From: Candidatus Cloacimonadales bacterium
Lineage (GTDB): Bacteria > Cloacimonadota > Cloacimonadia > Cloacimonadales > DAONDQ01
NCBI GenBank assembly: GCA_963662275.1
Contig: OY759316.1
Coordinates: 3,328,001 to 3,392,000 of the forward strand
Length of the DNA stretch: 64,000 bases
Direction of reading: 5' to 3'
In this document: positions 19,532-29,415 of the stretch, one piece after another
Layout: each line of letters begins with the position of its first letter
Numbering within the stretch: the first letter of the stretch is position 1
The notes under the pieces: model-generated
What the model saw: the letters and a program-made list of their open reading frames with translations, nothing else
What the model was told of the DNA's origin: nothing
Databases searched by the model: none
Program-made: the position numbers and the translations under genes

Positions 19532-20975
19532 CCTGCTATCCCTTCTTGTTTACGATGTACATAAACCATTGCTGTTTAACAGTATGTTCTTCTTTATTTA
19601 TTTCCTCTTACTTCTCATCTTTTATCAATTCATCCTGAAAAAAGTCAATGTCAGAACGTGGTATCTGATTGCTTTTTCCCTGTACTTCTATTATAAGACC
19701 AGCGGTATTTTTGTCCTTTTATTGATTACCACAGCTTTCATTAATTTCGTGATCAGCGAGTGGATAGATGCTTCCACATCGGAACGAAAGCGGAAATGGC
19801 TATTCTTCTTAAGTATTGTCTGGAACTTGGGAACACTCGGATATTATAAATACACAAATTTCTTTTTCCAAGCGCTGAATGACATAGGGCATCTGAATCT
19901 CCAGCATGTGGATATTTTCCTGCCCATTGGTATCTCTTTCTTCACCTTCCAAACGATGAGCTACACATTTGATATCTATCGTCGTAAGCTTAAACCGACA
20001 AAGAGTTTTGCTGACTTACTCTTCTTTGTGGCATGTTTCCCGCACCTGGTTGCAGGCCCTATTGTCAGGGCTGCCAAGTTCCTACCACAGGTACGTAAGA
20101 AAATTACACTGAGTAATGCGCAAATGGCATCAGCATTATTCCTGATCATCAGCGGACTGGTAAAGAAAGCTGTTATTGCAGATTATATCAGCATCAACTT
20201 TGTAGAACGTGTCTTTTCAGAACCTGGACGCTTCAGCGGAGTGGAGAACCTGCTTGCCATTTACGCTTATGCCCTGCAGATCTATTGTGATTTCTCCGGT
20301 TACTCGGATATTGCGATAGGCTTGGCTAGGTTGATAGGTTTTGAACTTTGTGAAAACTTCAATTTACCCTATCGCTCAAAGAGCATTACTGAATTCTGGA
20401 GAAGATGGCATATCTCACTTTCCTCCTGGTTGAAGGATTATCTCTATATCCCTCTTGGTGGTAATCGAAAGGGAAAGATCAGACAGTATGTGAACCTGAT
20501 GGTGACAATGCTTCTCGGTGGACTTTGGCATGGTGCTTCCTGGAATTATGTTGTCTGGGGCGGTATTCATGGGATAGGTCTTTGTGTAGATAAACTGCTT
20601 TTGAAATGGAAGTTCCTGAACACTTGGCTGGGAAAGTCAATGGGCTTGATCATTACCTTCCATTTCGTCTGTTTCGCTTGGATCTTCTTCAGGGCACCGG
20701 ATTTTGCCTCAGCAGGTGTTATGTTGAAACAGATTTTCACTGCTTTCCAGGCTCCTGTTTTCTTCGACTGGATCAAAGGCTTCAGGGGCGTCGCTATCCT
20801 GATGCTCTTCGGCTATGTCATGCACTTCATTCCCCGAAAATTCGACGAAATATCGGAAAAGATACTTTATCATCTGCCGGTCCCTGCCCAATCCCTGATC
20901 ATTGCTGCTGTCATTTGGGTTATGTACCAGGTCAAATCTTCCGATATCCAACCGTTTATCTATTTCCAGTTTTAA
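19509..20975 (+). CDS. algI: MBOAT family O-acyltransferase (AlgI/PatA type)
   Basis: LPIGISFFTFQ, FPHLVAGPIVRA, QIYCDFSGYSDIAIG, FWRRWHISLS, GLWHGA, C-terminal PFIYFQF; start at ATG 19509. Confidence 0.9.
   Translation: MWQDWLNNLLSLLVYDVHKPLLFNSMFFFIYFLLLLIFYQFILKKVNVRTWYLIAFSLYFYYKTSGIFVLLLITTAFINFVISEWIDASTSERKRKWLFFLSIVWNLGTLGYYKYTNFFFQALNDIGHLNLQHVDIFLPIGISFFTFQTMSYTFDIYRRKLKPTKSFADLLFFVACFPHLVAGPIVRAAKFLPQVRKKITLSNAQMASALFLIISGLVKKAVIADYISINFVERVFSEPGRFSGVENLLAIYAYALQIYCDFSGYSDIAIGLARLIGFELCENFNLPYRSKSITEFWRRWHISLSSWLKDYLYIPLGGNRKGKIRQYVNLMVTMLLGGLWHGASWNYVVWGGIHGIGLCVDKLLLKWKFLNTWLGKSMGLIITFHFVCFAWIFFRAPDFASAGVMLKQIFTAFQAPVFFDWIKGFRGVAILMLFGYVMHFIPRKFDEISEKILYHLPVPAQSLIIAAVIWVMYQVKSSDIQPFIYFQF
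20923..20975 (+). repeat. Direct repeat copy 1 (last 53 bp of the MBOAT gene)
   Basis: TGTACCAGGTCAAATCTTCCGATATCCAACCGTTTATCTATTTCCAGTTTTAA; 51/53 identical to 29416-29468. Confidence 0.95.
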
Positions 20976-20976
20976 A

Positions 20977-21450
20977 TTACCAGCATCTTCTCAGTTTTGT
21001 TGCCTGCTGAACTTGTTTTTTTGAAAATTGTTCCAAGGATACTATGAAGTCGTTGATTTTGGCATCAATCAATCCCATTAGCTTGCAGATATTATCAAAT
21101 TTGTCTTGATATGGACCCTCAAAAAAAGAAGGATCAGGGAAACTCCAATGCAGATGTTTTAAAGCTCCCAGAAAAATGGGACAACGTTCTCCACTCGCAT
21201 CGTCGCAAACCGTGATTACAAAATTGAATCTTGCTTGTTTCTTTTGAAGATCAAATACGTTCTTCGTCTTTTTATTTGAAATATCAACTCCAATTGATTT
21301 TAGGACATCTATTACCATAGGATTGAGCTCACCCGGTTCCAAACCGGCACTTTCGACATGGATTGCATCCCCTAACTTCAAACGGAGAAGCTCTTCTGCA
21401 ATTTGGCTGCGAGCTGAATTATGGATACAGACGAAGAGTACTTTGATCAT
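20977..21450 (-). CDS. arsC: Arsenate reductase, thioredoxin-type (LMW-PTP fold)
   Basis: CIHNSARSQIAE P-loop, VITVCD..ERCP, HWSFPDP. Confidence 0.8.
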   Translation of the reverse strand: MIKVLFVCIHNSARSQIAEELLRLKLGDAIHVESAGLEPGELNPMVIDVLKSIGVDISNKKTKNVFDLQKKQARFNFVITVCDDASGERCPIFLGALKHLHWSFPDPSFFEGPYQDKFDNICKLMGLIDAKINDFIVSLEQFSKKQVQQATKLRRCW

Positions 21451-22118
21451 GATAAGTCTTCTTTTTTCAGGTTTTCTTCTAAGTGATGCTTAATGACTCT
21501 TCCTTGCACGATATAGACAGTATTTTCACCGATATTCGTACTTAAATCAGCTACTCTTTCAAAGTTCTTGGCAATTCTCAGCAAATGCATGTAATGCTCA
21601 ATTTCAGCGGGACGGTCTTTCATTAATGAGACAATTTGATGATATATACGTCGATTATAACCATCTACTATTTCATCCTGGCTGCAGACTAGTCTTGCTT
21701 TGTCCACGTCTTCTTTCATGTAGGCATCAATGCTATCCAACAGCATTTTTAGGGCTACTTCTTTCATTTTTATAAGGTCGGGCAACTGAGAGTTTAAAGG
21801 GCTACCTGTCATTTTAGCGACACTTTCGGCGATATTAAATGCTTGGTCCCCTAATCTTTCCAAGTCATTATTGATTTTATAGATCATGAGGATCAAACGT
21901 AAGTCTTTTGCTTCGGGATGGAATAATGCCATAAGGACTATGCAATCATCTTCTATCTGCATCTCCATTTGATTTACTTTTTGCTCAAACTCCGCTACTT
22001 CATCGAATCTGTTAATGCCTTTTTCTATGCCTTCAAATGAGTAAGAAACCATCTTTTCAACAGTGGCTGCCATTTCGATGATCTTCTCTTTTAATTGTGT
22101 AATCTTAGTGATTAACAT
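21447..22118 (-). CDS. phoU: Phosphate signalling protein PhoU
   Basis: PEAKDLR, DLERLGD, FERVADLSTNIGE; directly downstream of pstB. Confidence 0.95.
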   Translation of the reverse strand: MLITKITQLKEKIIEMAATVEKMVSYSFEGIEKGINRFDEVAEFEQKVNQMEMQIEDDCIVLMALFHPEAKDLRLILMIYKINNDLERLGDQAFNIAESVAKMTGSPLNSQLPDLIKMKEVALKMLLDSIDAYMKEDVDKARLVCSQDEIVDGYNRRIYHQIVSLMKDRPAEIEHYMHLLRIAKNFERVADLSTNIGENTVYIVQGRVIKHHLEENLKKEDLS

Positions 22119-22127
22119 ATGTTCTCC

Positions 22128-22886
22128 TTAACCAAAGACACCGGTAAGATATGCTTCAGTTCGCTTATCCTGGGGCACCGTAAATACTTTATGGGTTTCT
22201 CCAAATTCAACCAGTTCGCCCAGGTACATATAAGCAGTGTAATCCGAAATCCTGCCTGCTTGTGAGATATTATGGGTAACAATTAGAATTGTCACATGTT
22301 TTTTTAATTCGACACAAAGCTCTTCAATTTTGGCAGTTGATTGCGGATCAAGAGCAGAAGTGGGTTCATCGAGAAGGAGAACTTCCGGCTTGTTAGCCAA
22401 AGCCCGAGCAATGCATAAACGCTGTTGTTGTCCGCCTGATAGTGACATTGCTGATTCCTGCAATCTATCCTTGACTTCTTCCCATATACAGGCTGCCTTT
22501 AAACTCTCTTCTACCCTGTCTTGAATTTCATTTTTTTTGTATTTGCCTTGAACAACAAGTCCATATGCCACGTTACTGTAAATTGATTTGGGAAAAGGAT
22601 TGGGTTTCTGAAATACCATACCAACCCTGGTTCGGATGTTTGTTACATCAGCTTTTGAATCATAAATATCTTCACCACTCAAAAGCACATTTCCTGTTAT
22701 CATGGTTTCAGCTATCAGGTCATTCATACGATTGAAGGTTCGAAGAAGTGTTGATTTTCCACATCCGCTTGGACCAATTATAGCAGTTATTTTCTTTTCT
22801 GCGATTCCAATATTAACATCATGTAAAACCTGGTTGTCTCCAAACCAAAGGTTAAGTTCTTTTGTTTGAATCTGATTGTTTACCAT
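22128..22886 (-). CDS. pstB: Phosphate ABC transporter ATPase
   Basis: [43 protein letters not shown]. Confidence 0.97.
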   Translation of the reverse strand: MVNNQIQTKELNLWFGDNQVLHDVNIGIAEKKITAIIGPSGCGKSTLLRTFNRMNDLIAETMITGNVLLSGEDIYDSKADVTNIRTRVGMVFQKPNPFPKSIYSNVAYGLVVQGKYKKNEIQDRVEESLKAACIWEEVKDRLQESAMSLSGGQQQRLCIARALANKPEVLLLDEPTSALDPQSTAKIEELCVELKKHVTILIVTHNISQAGRISDYTAYMYLGELVEFGETHKVFTVPQDKRTEAYLTGVFG

Positions 22887-23734
22887 TTTCTTTTCTTCCT
22901 CATTCTATAACGTATTATGATAGCCACTGAGCTAACGCCCATTACCAGGAGTAATAAAACAACCGCTGAACCATATGCTATTGGGACTTGAGATTCTGCA
23001 TGTGTACCTTCGGTCATCAAAGCATAGATATGATACGGTAATGCCATAACTTCATCAGATAAACTTCTTGGCAGTCTTAATGAGTAAAAAGTAGCTGCCG
23101 TAAACATGATCGGTGCGGTTTCTCCTGCTACTCTTCCGATGCTGATGATGATTCCAGTCAGGATATTTGGCAAAGCTGTTGGTATCAGGACACGCATTAT
23201 TGTTTGACTCTCCGTTGCTCCTAAAGCCAGTGAAGCTTGATAAAAATCGTTTGGAACTGCACGTAAAGCTTCCTCACTAGTATTAATAATGACTGGTAAT
23301 GCCAATACTGCAAGAGTCAGCGAACCTGAAATAAGGGAAACGTTCATTTTCAGCAGATTCACAAACAAAGCTAAACCAAATAAGCCATAGACAATCGAGG
23401 GAATTCCCGCAAGAGTATTGATTGATATCCTAACTATTTTCATCAGCCACCTGGGTTTTCCATAACAATTCAGGAATATAGCAGTCGCCAATCCTAAGGG
23501 TAATGCAATCGAAATGGATAAGACCGTCAGCCAAAAAGTTCCAACTAAAGCTGGATAGATTCCGCCTTCAGTCATGCCTTTTAAAGGTGACTGAGTTAGG
23601 AAACTCCAACTGATAACTACCAGTCCTTTAGAAAGTATCTTGTACAAAAAAAGAACTAAAAAACCAATAGTTACTGCTAAACAGATTCGCATGACATTGA
23701 TTCCAATGAATTGTTTAACGCTTCTCTTGTTCAT
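22880..23734 (-). CDS. pstA: Phosphate ABC transporter permease
   Basis: [25 protein letters not shown]. Confidence 0.95.
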   Translation of the reverse strand: MNKRSVKQFIGINVMRICLAVTIGFLVLFLYKILSKGLVVISWSFLTQSPLKGMTEGGIYPALVGTFWLTVLSISIALPLGLATAIFLNCYGKPRWLMKIVRISINTLAGIPSIVYGLFGLALFVNLLKMNVSLISGSLTLAVLALPVIINTSEEALRAVPNDFYQASLALGATESQTIMRVLIPTALPNILTGIIISIGRVAGETAPIMFTAATFYSLRLPRSLSDEVMALPYHIYALMTEGTHAESQVPIAYGSAVVLLLLVMGVSSVAIIIRYRMRKKRKW

Positions 23735-24600
23735 TTCTTTACTCTCTTTAAAAAGACAAGCTCTGTCACTAGATTACTTACAAATGTAATGACAAAAAGT
23801 ATGATCGCCAAGGCAAACAAAGCATTGTAATGCACATCTCCAACAACTGTTTCGCCCATTTCAGAGGCAATTGCAGATGTCATTGGTCGTACAGAAGAGA
23901 AGATATTATGTGGAATTTGAGCGCTGCCACCTGCTACCATTAATACAACCATCGTCTCACCTATAGCTCTGCCAAAACCTATCAGTATACTGCCTATGAT
24001 ACCGCTTTTAGCTGCAGGCACAACTACTTTCGTAATGGTTTCCCAGGGAGTCGCACCAAGAGCCAATGATGCTTCTCTTAGATTTTTAGGCACGTTTGTA
24101 AGTGCATCTTCACTCATGCTTGTAATGATTGGAATTATCATAATTCCTAAGATGACAGATGCTGAGAATAAATTCAGTCCTGAATCTAATCCAAATAACT
24201 GTCGGATAGCAGGAGCCAGGAATGCCATTCCAAACAAACCATATACAACGGAAGGTATTCCTGCAAGAAGTTCAACAATTGGTTTTGTGATTTCTTTCAT
24301 TCTTGAGCTTGCTAATTCTGCAATATATATTGCTGAACCTAATCCCAAAGGTACAGCAATGATCAAAGCACCCAAAGTCACATAGATCGATCCAATAATC
24401 AAACTGCCGACACCAAATGCAGGTGGATCGTGAGTTGGATACCAGGCAATACTGAAAAGGAATTCTTTCACACTGACAACACGAAATATTGGTAAACCTT
24501 CCTTAAAAATACTGAATATAATCCCAATTAGGAACACCATGACAAACATGGATGCTGTATAGGTTATGGCTCTAAAGAACTTTTCTTTGTATGAATTCAC
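23731..24600 (-). CDS. pstC: Phosphate ABC transporter permease
   Basis: ELLAGIPSVVYG, GRAIGETMVVLMVAG. Confidence 0.95.
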   Translation of the reverse strand: MNSYKEKFFRAITYTASMFVMVFLIGIIFSIFKEGLPIFRVVSVKEFLFSIAWYPTHDPPAFGVGSLIIGSIYVTLGALIIAVPLGLGSAIYIAELASSRMKEITKPIVELLAGIPSVVYGLFGMAFLAPAIRQLFGLDSGLNLFSASVILGIMIIPIITSMSEDALTNVPKNLREASLALGATPWETITKVVVPAAKSGIIGSILIGFGRAIGETMVVLMVAGGSAQIPHNIFSSVRPMTSAIASEMGETVVGDVHYNALFALAIILFVITFVSNLVTELVFLKRVKK

Positions 24601-24621
24601 ATTTGTTCCTTTTCCTCATGT

Positions 24622-24656
24622 CAAGAAGGGACACAGGAGGGGTGCATCCCTTCTTG
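24622..24656 (-). promoter_or_regulatory. pstS-pstC intercistronic stem-loop
   Basis: CAAGAAGGGA...TCCCTTCTTG 10-bp perfect stem just after the pstS stop; probably stabilises pstS mRNA or partly terminates. Confidence 0.6.
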
Positions 24657-24675
24657 TTTCTGTTTAATCACTCAA

Positions 24676-25488
24676 TTAGTCGAGAGAAATGAAGCCATTG
24701 TCTTTTACGATCTTTTGTCCTTCAGCAGATTGGATAAATGATATAAAAGTCGCAGCATTGCCTTTGGCTTTGCCATTTGTATACATATAGAGCTTGCGGC
24801 TAAGTTTATAACTCATATCTTTTACAGTCTTTTCAGTAGGTAGAACATTATCAATAGTTAAAGCATGAACCTTATCCGTCATGTATCCAAGCCCGATATA
24901 ACCAATTGCCCCAGGAGTATCACCAACGGATGAAGCAACCGCATTGTTTGAAGCAAGCATCTGGGCAGAATCAATTACTTTTGAACCTTGCAATGCTTTT
25001 TCATTAAAGACTTCGAATGTTCCTGATGAAACGTCCCTGGATATAACCACAATTGGTAAGTTCTTCCCTCCCAGTTGACTCCAATTGGTCAGTTTTCCAG
25101 TGTAGATACTTTTCAATTGTTTGAGTGAGATTCCTCTTACACCGTTGGCATTATTCACAATGATAGCAATACCATCGTTCGCAACGAAATATGGAACAGG
25201 GTTAATCCCTTTTCCTTTAGCCTGTGTAATTTCTTTGGCTTTCATTGGACGGGATGAGTTTGCTATATCTGCTGAATTTGATAGCAAGGCTGCTATGCCA
25301 ACACCACTGCCGCCACCCCGAATGGATATATTCACAGAAGGATATTTTGCCATAAAGGCTTCTGCTGCAGCCTGGGCAATAGGCAGAACTGTGGTCGAAC
25401 CTGAACAGGTCAATTGATTAGCACTTTTAGAAAATAAGGGTATTGCAATCAGCAGTATCACAAGGATTATGATGGTCATTCTTTTCAT
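24676..25488 (-). CDS. pstS: Phosphate-binding protein
   Basis: SGSTTVLP, GGGSGVG, ANSSR, SRDVSSGTFEVF. Confidence 0.95.
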   Translation of the reverse strand: MKRMTIIILVILLIAIPLFSKSANQLTCSGSTTVLPIAQAAAEAFMAKYPSVNISIRGGGSGVGIAALLSNSADIANSSRPMKAKEITQAKGKGINPVPYFVANDGIAIIVNNANGVRGISLKQLKSIYTGKLTNWSQLGGKNLPIVVISRDVSSGTFEVFNEKALQGSKVIDSAQMLASNNAVASSVGDTPGAIGYIGLGYMTDKVHALTIDNVLPTEKTVKDMSYKLSRKLYMYTNGKAKGNAATFISFIQSAEGQKIVKDNGFISLD

Positions 25489-25508
25489 GATAGATATCTC
25501 CAGTTTTC

Positions 25509-26702
25509 TTAATTCGTTAAAGTATTAGAGAATTTCCATTTCAGTTGGAGCATGATCTGGCTGCTGTCCTTCATTCCTTTGGCAAATGAACTGGCAGATT
25601 CACTCTCATCATACTTCCTGGAGGAATAGTCCAACTGTAATGTAAGTTGTGGAATATCAGAAGCATCAGGTAGGAAACCATAATTAACACCGAATATCAA
25701 GGTATTCAGCAGTGATCTGGCAGAATCAGTTGTTGGTCTATCACTTTCATCCCAGCTATCGTATCTCCCGATTACTTCAATTGGTATATTAATAATCGAT
25801 TTCAAAGCAATCGAAGGCATAATCATCAAGCCCTTGGCTTTATAATCTTTCCCGGTTGCATTGGGGTACTCGACCTCTTTGGATATATATTCCATCCAAA
25901 CATCTGCCGGACCATAAGCGATACGACCTAAACAGTCTATGAGGCTCTGCTTTTCAAATTTGCTATTTATCACATCCCCCGATAGTGTTTTATCTCTTCC
26001 AACAGAGTTACTCATATATGAACCACCTATTGTTACGCCTTGTATGGGTGTCAAACGCAGATTACCGAGATAAGTGAAGTCAGTATTTTCGCTTAGGCTA
26101 GCCCCAACTTTTTTATAACCTTCACCATTATATAATCCAAAAGCATATTCTCCCCAACCTTGTGGAATGAAACCGTTTAGGGTGATTCCATAGTCAGACG
26201 AGTTAACCACTTTATATAGATCACTAGGTGCTTTTTCAATTAGCGCATAACTCCAATCATAGATGGTCCCGAAGTATGTTTTCTGCAGTCCGACGGTTAA
26301 GTACAAATCTGGAATTGGAGTCAAATTGCCAAATTCAACATATCCATATTTGAGCTTTAGTCCTGCTCCGTCCATAGTAGCATTTTTTAAAGAGTCTATA
26401 GGCATGGTTTTATCACCGGGAACCTGATGAGTGGCATCTGAAGAAAACATATCCACTGTAAACCTGGCTTTCGTATTGGTTGAAAAGGATGTTTCAAGTC
26501 CAAAATATCCTCTTTCCAAGGATAAATAGTTTTTAGATAGCTTGTTAACGTAACTGCCTTGGGCATTTTTGAACTTGGCTGTTTCGTTTGTCCACCGCCC
26601 CCACATTTCTCCGCTTAGTTTTGTTTCCAGGGCAGAAGCGAACACCGAAACACATAGCAGGCTTGCTGTTACAATAAGCTTACTGAGCAATTTGATCGTC
26701 AT
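25509..26702 (-). CDS. Outer-membrane beta-barrel, putative phosphate-selective porin
   Basis: Signal peptide, amphipathic strands, LYNGEGY motif; first gene of the pst operon. Confidence 0.65.
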   Translation of the reverse strand: MTIKLLSKLIVTASLLCVSVFASALETKLSGEMWGRWTNETAKFKNAQGSYVNKLSKNYLSLERGYFGLETSFSTNTKARFTVDMFSSDATHQVPGDKTMPIDSLKNATMDGAGLKLKYGYVEFGNLTPIPDLYLTVGLQKTYFGTIYDWSYALIEKAPSDLYKVVNSSDYGITLNGFIPQGWGEYAFGLYNGEGYKKVGASLSENTDFTYLGNLRLTPIQGVTIGGSYMSNSVGRDKTLSGDVINSKFEKQSLIDCLGRIAYGPADVWMEYISKEVEYPNATGKDYKAKGLMIMPSIALKSIINIPIEVIGRYDSWDESDRPTTDSARSLLNTLIFGVNYGFLPDASDIPQLTLQLDYSSRKYDESESASSFAKGMKDSSQIMLQLKWKFSNTLTN

Positions 26703-26751
26703 TTGATTCTCCTTTTTTATTTGCTTAGTCTGCTTAATTATACGCTTTGAA

Positions 26752-26814
26752 TGTTAAGATTGTATAAACTTTATGTTAAGAATTGCTAACACTTTAGAAA
26801 ATACCGATTGTTAA
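26752..26814 (-). promoter_or_regulatory. Putative Pho boxes (TTAACA-type direct repeats)
   Basis: Minus strand TTAGCA/TTAACA/TTTATA/TTAACA at 10-11-bp period (26789-26752), plus TTAACA at 26814-26809, between the divergent porin-pst and phoBR units. Confidence 0.65.
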
Positions 26815-26904
26815 GAATAATTAACCGAATTTGCAGATATTTAGCTTGTCATGAACTGGTAGTATTGCTTTATGGGGGCGTTTTGCTAAACAAAGAGAGA
26901 TAAT

Positions 26905-27624
26905 ATGTCTTTAATCTATGTCCTGGATGATGAGCCTGATATTCTCGAGTTAGTCGAGTTGAATCTGACCAAAGCTGGCTTTGAAGCCCATTGCTTTGAA
27001 CGGGCAATTCCTTTACTACAGACCCTTAAGATAAAATTACCCGATCTTCTCATCCTTGACCTCATGCTACCAGACATAGACGGGATTGAAGTTTGCAGTC
27101 AAATTCGTCAACACCCAAAAATGAAAAGCCTTCCTGTTCTGATGTTAACTGCCAAAGTTGAAACTGATGAAAGGATTCATGGATTAGAAACCGGAGCTGA
27201 TGATTATCTTACAAAGCCATTTTCGCCTGGTGAACTAATTGCCCGAATCAAATCGATATTACGCCGCAAGGATTGGGAAACCGAAAACAATATACTGGAG
27301 ATAAGCTCTGATTTTCGTATTGATTTCAATTCATATGAAGTATTGATAGATGATAAACGTATCGATTTAACAAGAACAGAGTTCAAAATACTCCAATTGC
27401 TGACAAAACAACCTGGGAGAGTCTATAATCGCTCACAGATACTTGACTATCTTTGGGGAACCGACAAGATAGTGATAGATCGAACCATCGATGTCCATAT
27501 CAAACATCTACGAGAAAAGATTGGTCGTTTCGGTGAGTATATCCGTAATATTCGAAGTGTAGGATATAAATTTGAAATAGATTCCTGCAACGAAGAGAAA
27601 ATAGAAGAAAAAGATAATGAATAA
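26905..27624 (+). CDS. phoB: OmpR/PhoB family response regulator
   Basis: DDEPDI, LDLMLP, GADDYLTKPF, LTRTEF, RTIDVHIKHLREK; pst context. Confidence 0.9.
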   Translation: MSLIYVLDDEPDILELVELNLTKAGFEAHCFERAIPLLQTLKIKLPDLLILDLMLPDIDGIEVCSQIRQHPKMKSLPVLMLTAKVETDERIHGLETGADDYLTKPFSPGELIARIKSILRRKDWETENNILEISSDFRIDFNSYEVLIDDKRIDLTRTEFKILQLLTKQPGRVYNRSQILDYLWGTDKIVIDRTIDVHIKHLREKIGRFGEYIRNIRSVGYKFEIDSCNEEKIEEKDNE

Positions 27625-28789
27625 ACAAAAACCGATTTACAGAAGACCAATCCTTTGTCTTATCATATACTTGTTTTGCGTCCTATGTTTAATGGTATAT
27701 CCCCTACCTATCTTGTTTAGATTATCGATAATTTTCATATTATCAGTACTAATCATTCAAATCTGGAATCGGAATTACCAGCATCTCAATGTTCACAGGG
27801 AAGAACTTCGCATGGTAGCAAATACGATTGAGGATGCAATGTGGTCAATCAAGCCGAACGGAACGATTGAATGGATGAATCCTGCTTTCTTATCTATCTT
27901 TAACGCTTCTGAAGACCAGCGATATAAGAATTACACAGAGGTTATAAAGGTTCCTGTTGTTCGGCAATTTATCAGGGATTTTATGCAAAATCAAGAAGAA
28001 AGAATGTCCGAAGTAACTTTCGATGACCAATACTACCTCATTACAGGATCAATCAATCCCAATGCAGAGCGCATTGTCTTTATTATGCAGAATATCAATT
28101 TGATTCGACAAACCGAAAAGATGAAAAAGGATTTTATGGTCAATGTTGCCCATGAACTTCGCACCCCCCTGACTGCAATTAAAGGTTTTACTTTAGCCCT
28201 GGAAGAAGACTTTACAATAGACAACAAACGGTATTTGAAGATTATTAAGAACCATACAGACCGTCTTATTAATATGATCAGTGACTTGCAAACATTAGCA
28301 AAATTAGAACGTATGCCAGAATTGGATATCCAGGAGATTGACTTGAGAATATTCATGGAGAATATCATGGATATGTATGTACCTTCAATCCAGAAAGCAG
28401 GACTTTATCTGAAATACACCCAATATCCTGAAGATATACTCGTTAGTGTTGATCCCTTTAAATTTGAACAGATATTTGTTAACCTTATCGACAACGCTCT
28501 TCATTATACAGACAATGGGGGATTCAGCATTTCGGCAATAAAGACAGATAGCGATCTTACTATAGAAGTAGCGGATACCGGTAGTGGTATTTCTATTGAA
28601 CATATTTCAAGGATTTTTGAACGGTTTTATGTAGCTGATCCTTCCCGGAACAAGAAGATCAGCGGTACTGGTTTAGGATTGGCGATTGTGAAACATGCTG
28701 TTCTGTTGCATCATGGCAGTATTAATGTTTTGAGTGAGCCAAACAAAGGTACCCGTTTTACGATGATATTTCCTAATCAGTTTATTTAA
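27617..28789 (+). CDS. phoR: Phosphate-regulon sensor histidine kinase
   Basis: Two TMs, PAS-like region, NVAHELRTPLTAIKG, NLIDNA, DTGSGI, IFERFY, GTGLGLAIVKH. Confidence 0.9.
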   Translation: MNKQKPIYRRPILCLIIYLFCVLCLMVYPLPILFRLSIIFILSVLIIQIWNRNYQHLNVHREELRMVANTIEDAMWSIKPNGTIEWMNPAFLSIFNASEDQRYKNYTEVIKVPVVRQFIRDFMQNQEERMSEVTFDDQYYLITGSINPNAERIVFIMQNINLIRQTEKMKKDFMVNVAHELRTPLTAIKGFTLALEEDFTIDNKRYLKIIKNHTDRLINMISDLQTLAKLERMPELDIQEIDLRIFMENIMDMYVPSIQKAGLYLKYTQYPEDILVSVDPFKFEQIFVNLIDNALHYTDNGGFSISAIKTDSDLTIEVADTGSGISIEHISRIFERFYVADPSRNKKISGTGLGLAIVKHAVLLHHGSINVLSEPNKGTRFTMIFPNQFI

Positions 28790-28801
28790 GGATATTGAGA
28801 A

Positions 28802-29314
28802 ATGAATGATAGGTTCACTTCTAACATATTGATAACAGAGAATGAAAATCTTGTTTATTCTATTGCCAGGTCATACCAAATGAAAGGTATCCCTATTGAA
28901 GATATTACCCAGGAAGGTTTTATGGGTCTATTAGAAGCTCATCAGCACTTTGACCCATCCAAGCAAGCTAAATTCAGTACCTATGCCGTTTATTGGATAA
29001 AGAAGTATATCTTACTTGCTTTTGAAAAAGAAAATGATCATGGAAAAAAGATAAAAGATTCGTATTCCGATCTAAACGAGCAAAAAAAGCATAAGTACTC
29101 TCTTCAAGTATCAGATCAAGGATTCTCCAAACTGCTAAAATTGCCTCCAGATATGCCTGTCTTAGAAGAAAGTGTTATCCGGCTTAGTTATGAAAAGAAA
29201 ATGCCTATAAAAGAAATAGCTCTTCATCTGGATTTAACAAATGAGAAAGTTAGACAAATTAGGGAAAAGGCATTAAGAAGAATCAAATGTAAGCAATCCT
29301 CGTGCTTCCTCTGA
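28802..29314 (+). CDS. Minimal sigma-70 family factor (regions 2 and 4 only)
   Basis: DITQEGFMGLLEA..FDPSKQAKFSTYAVYWIK; IKEIALHLDLTNEKVRQIREKALRRIK. Confidence 0.85.
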   Translation: MNDRFTSNILITENENLVYSIARSYQMKGIPIEDITQEGFMGLLEAHQHFDPSKQAKFSTYAVYWIKKYILLAFEKENDHGKKIKDSYSDLNEQKKHKYSLQVSDQGFSKLLKLPPDMPVLEESVIRLSYEKKMPIKEIALHLDLTNEKVRQIREKALRRIKCKQSSCFL

Positions 29315-29415
29315 TATTATGAACAAATCACAAGAAATTTAATGAGAGAAAAACCGATCATAACCGAACCAAGTCCCGGTTATCGTGCCGTAATGCTGCG
29401 GTAATTTCGGAGTTT

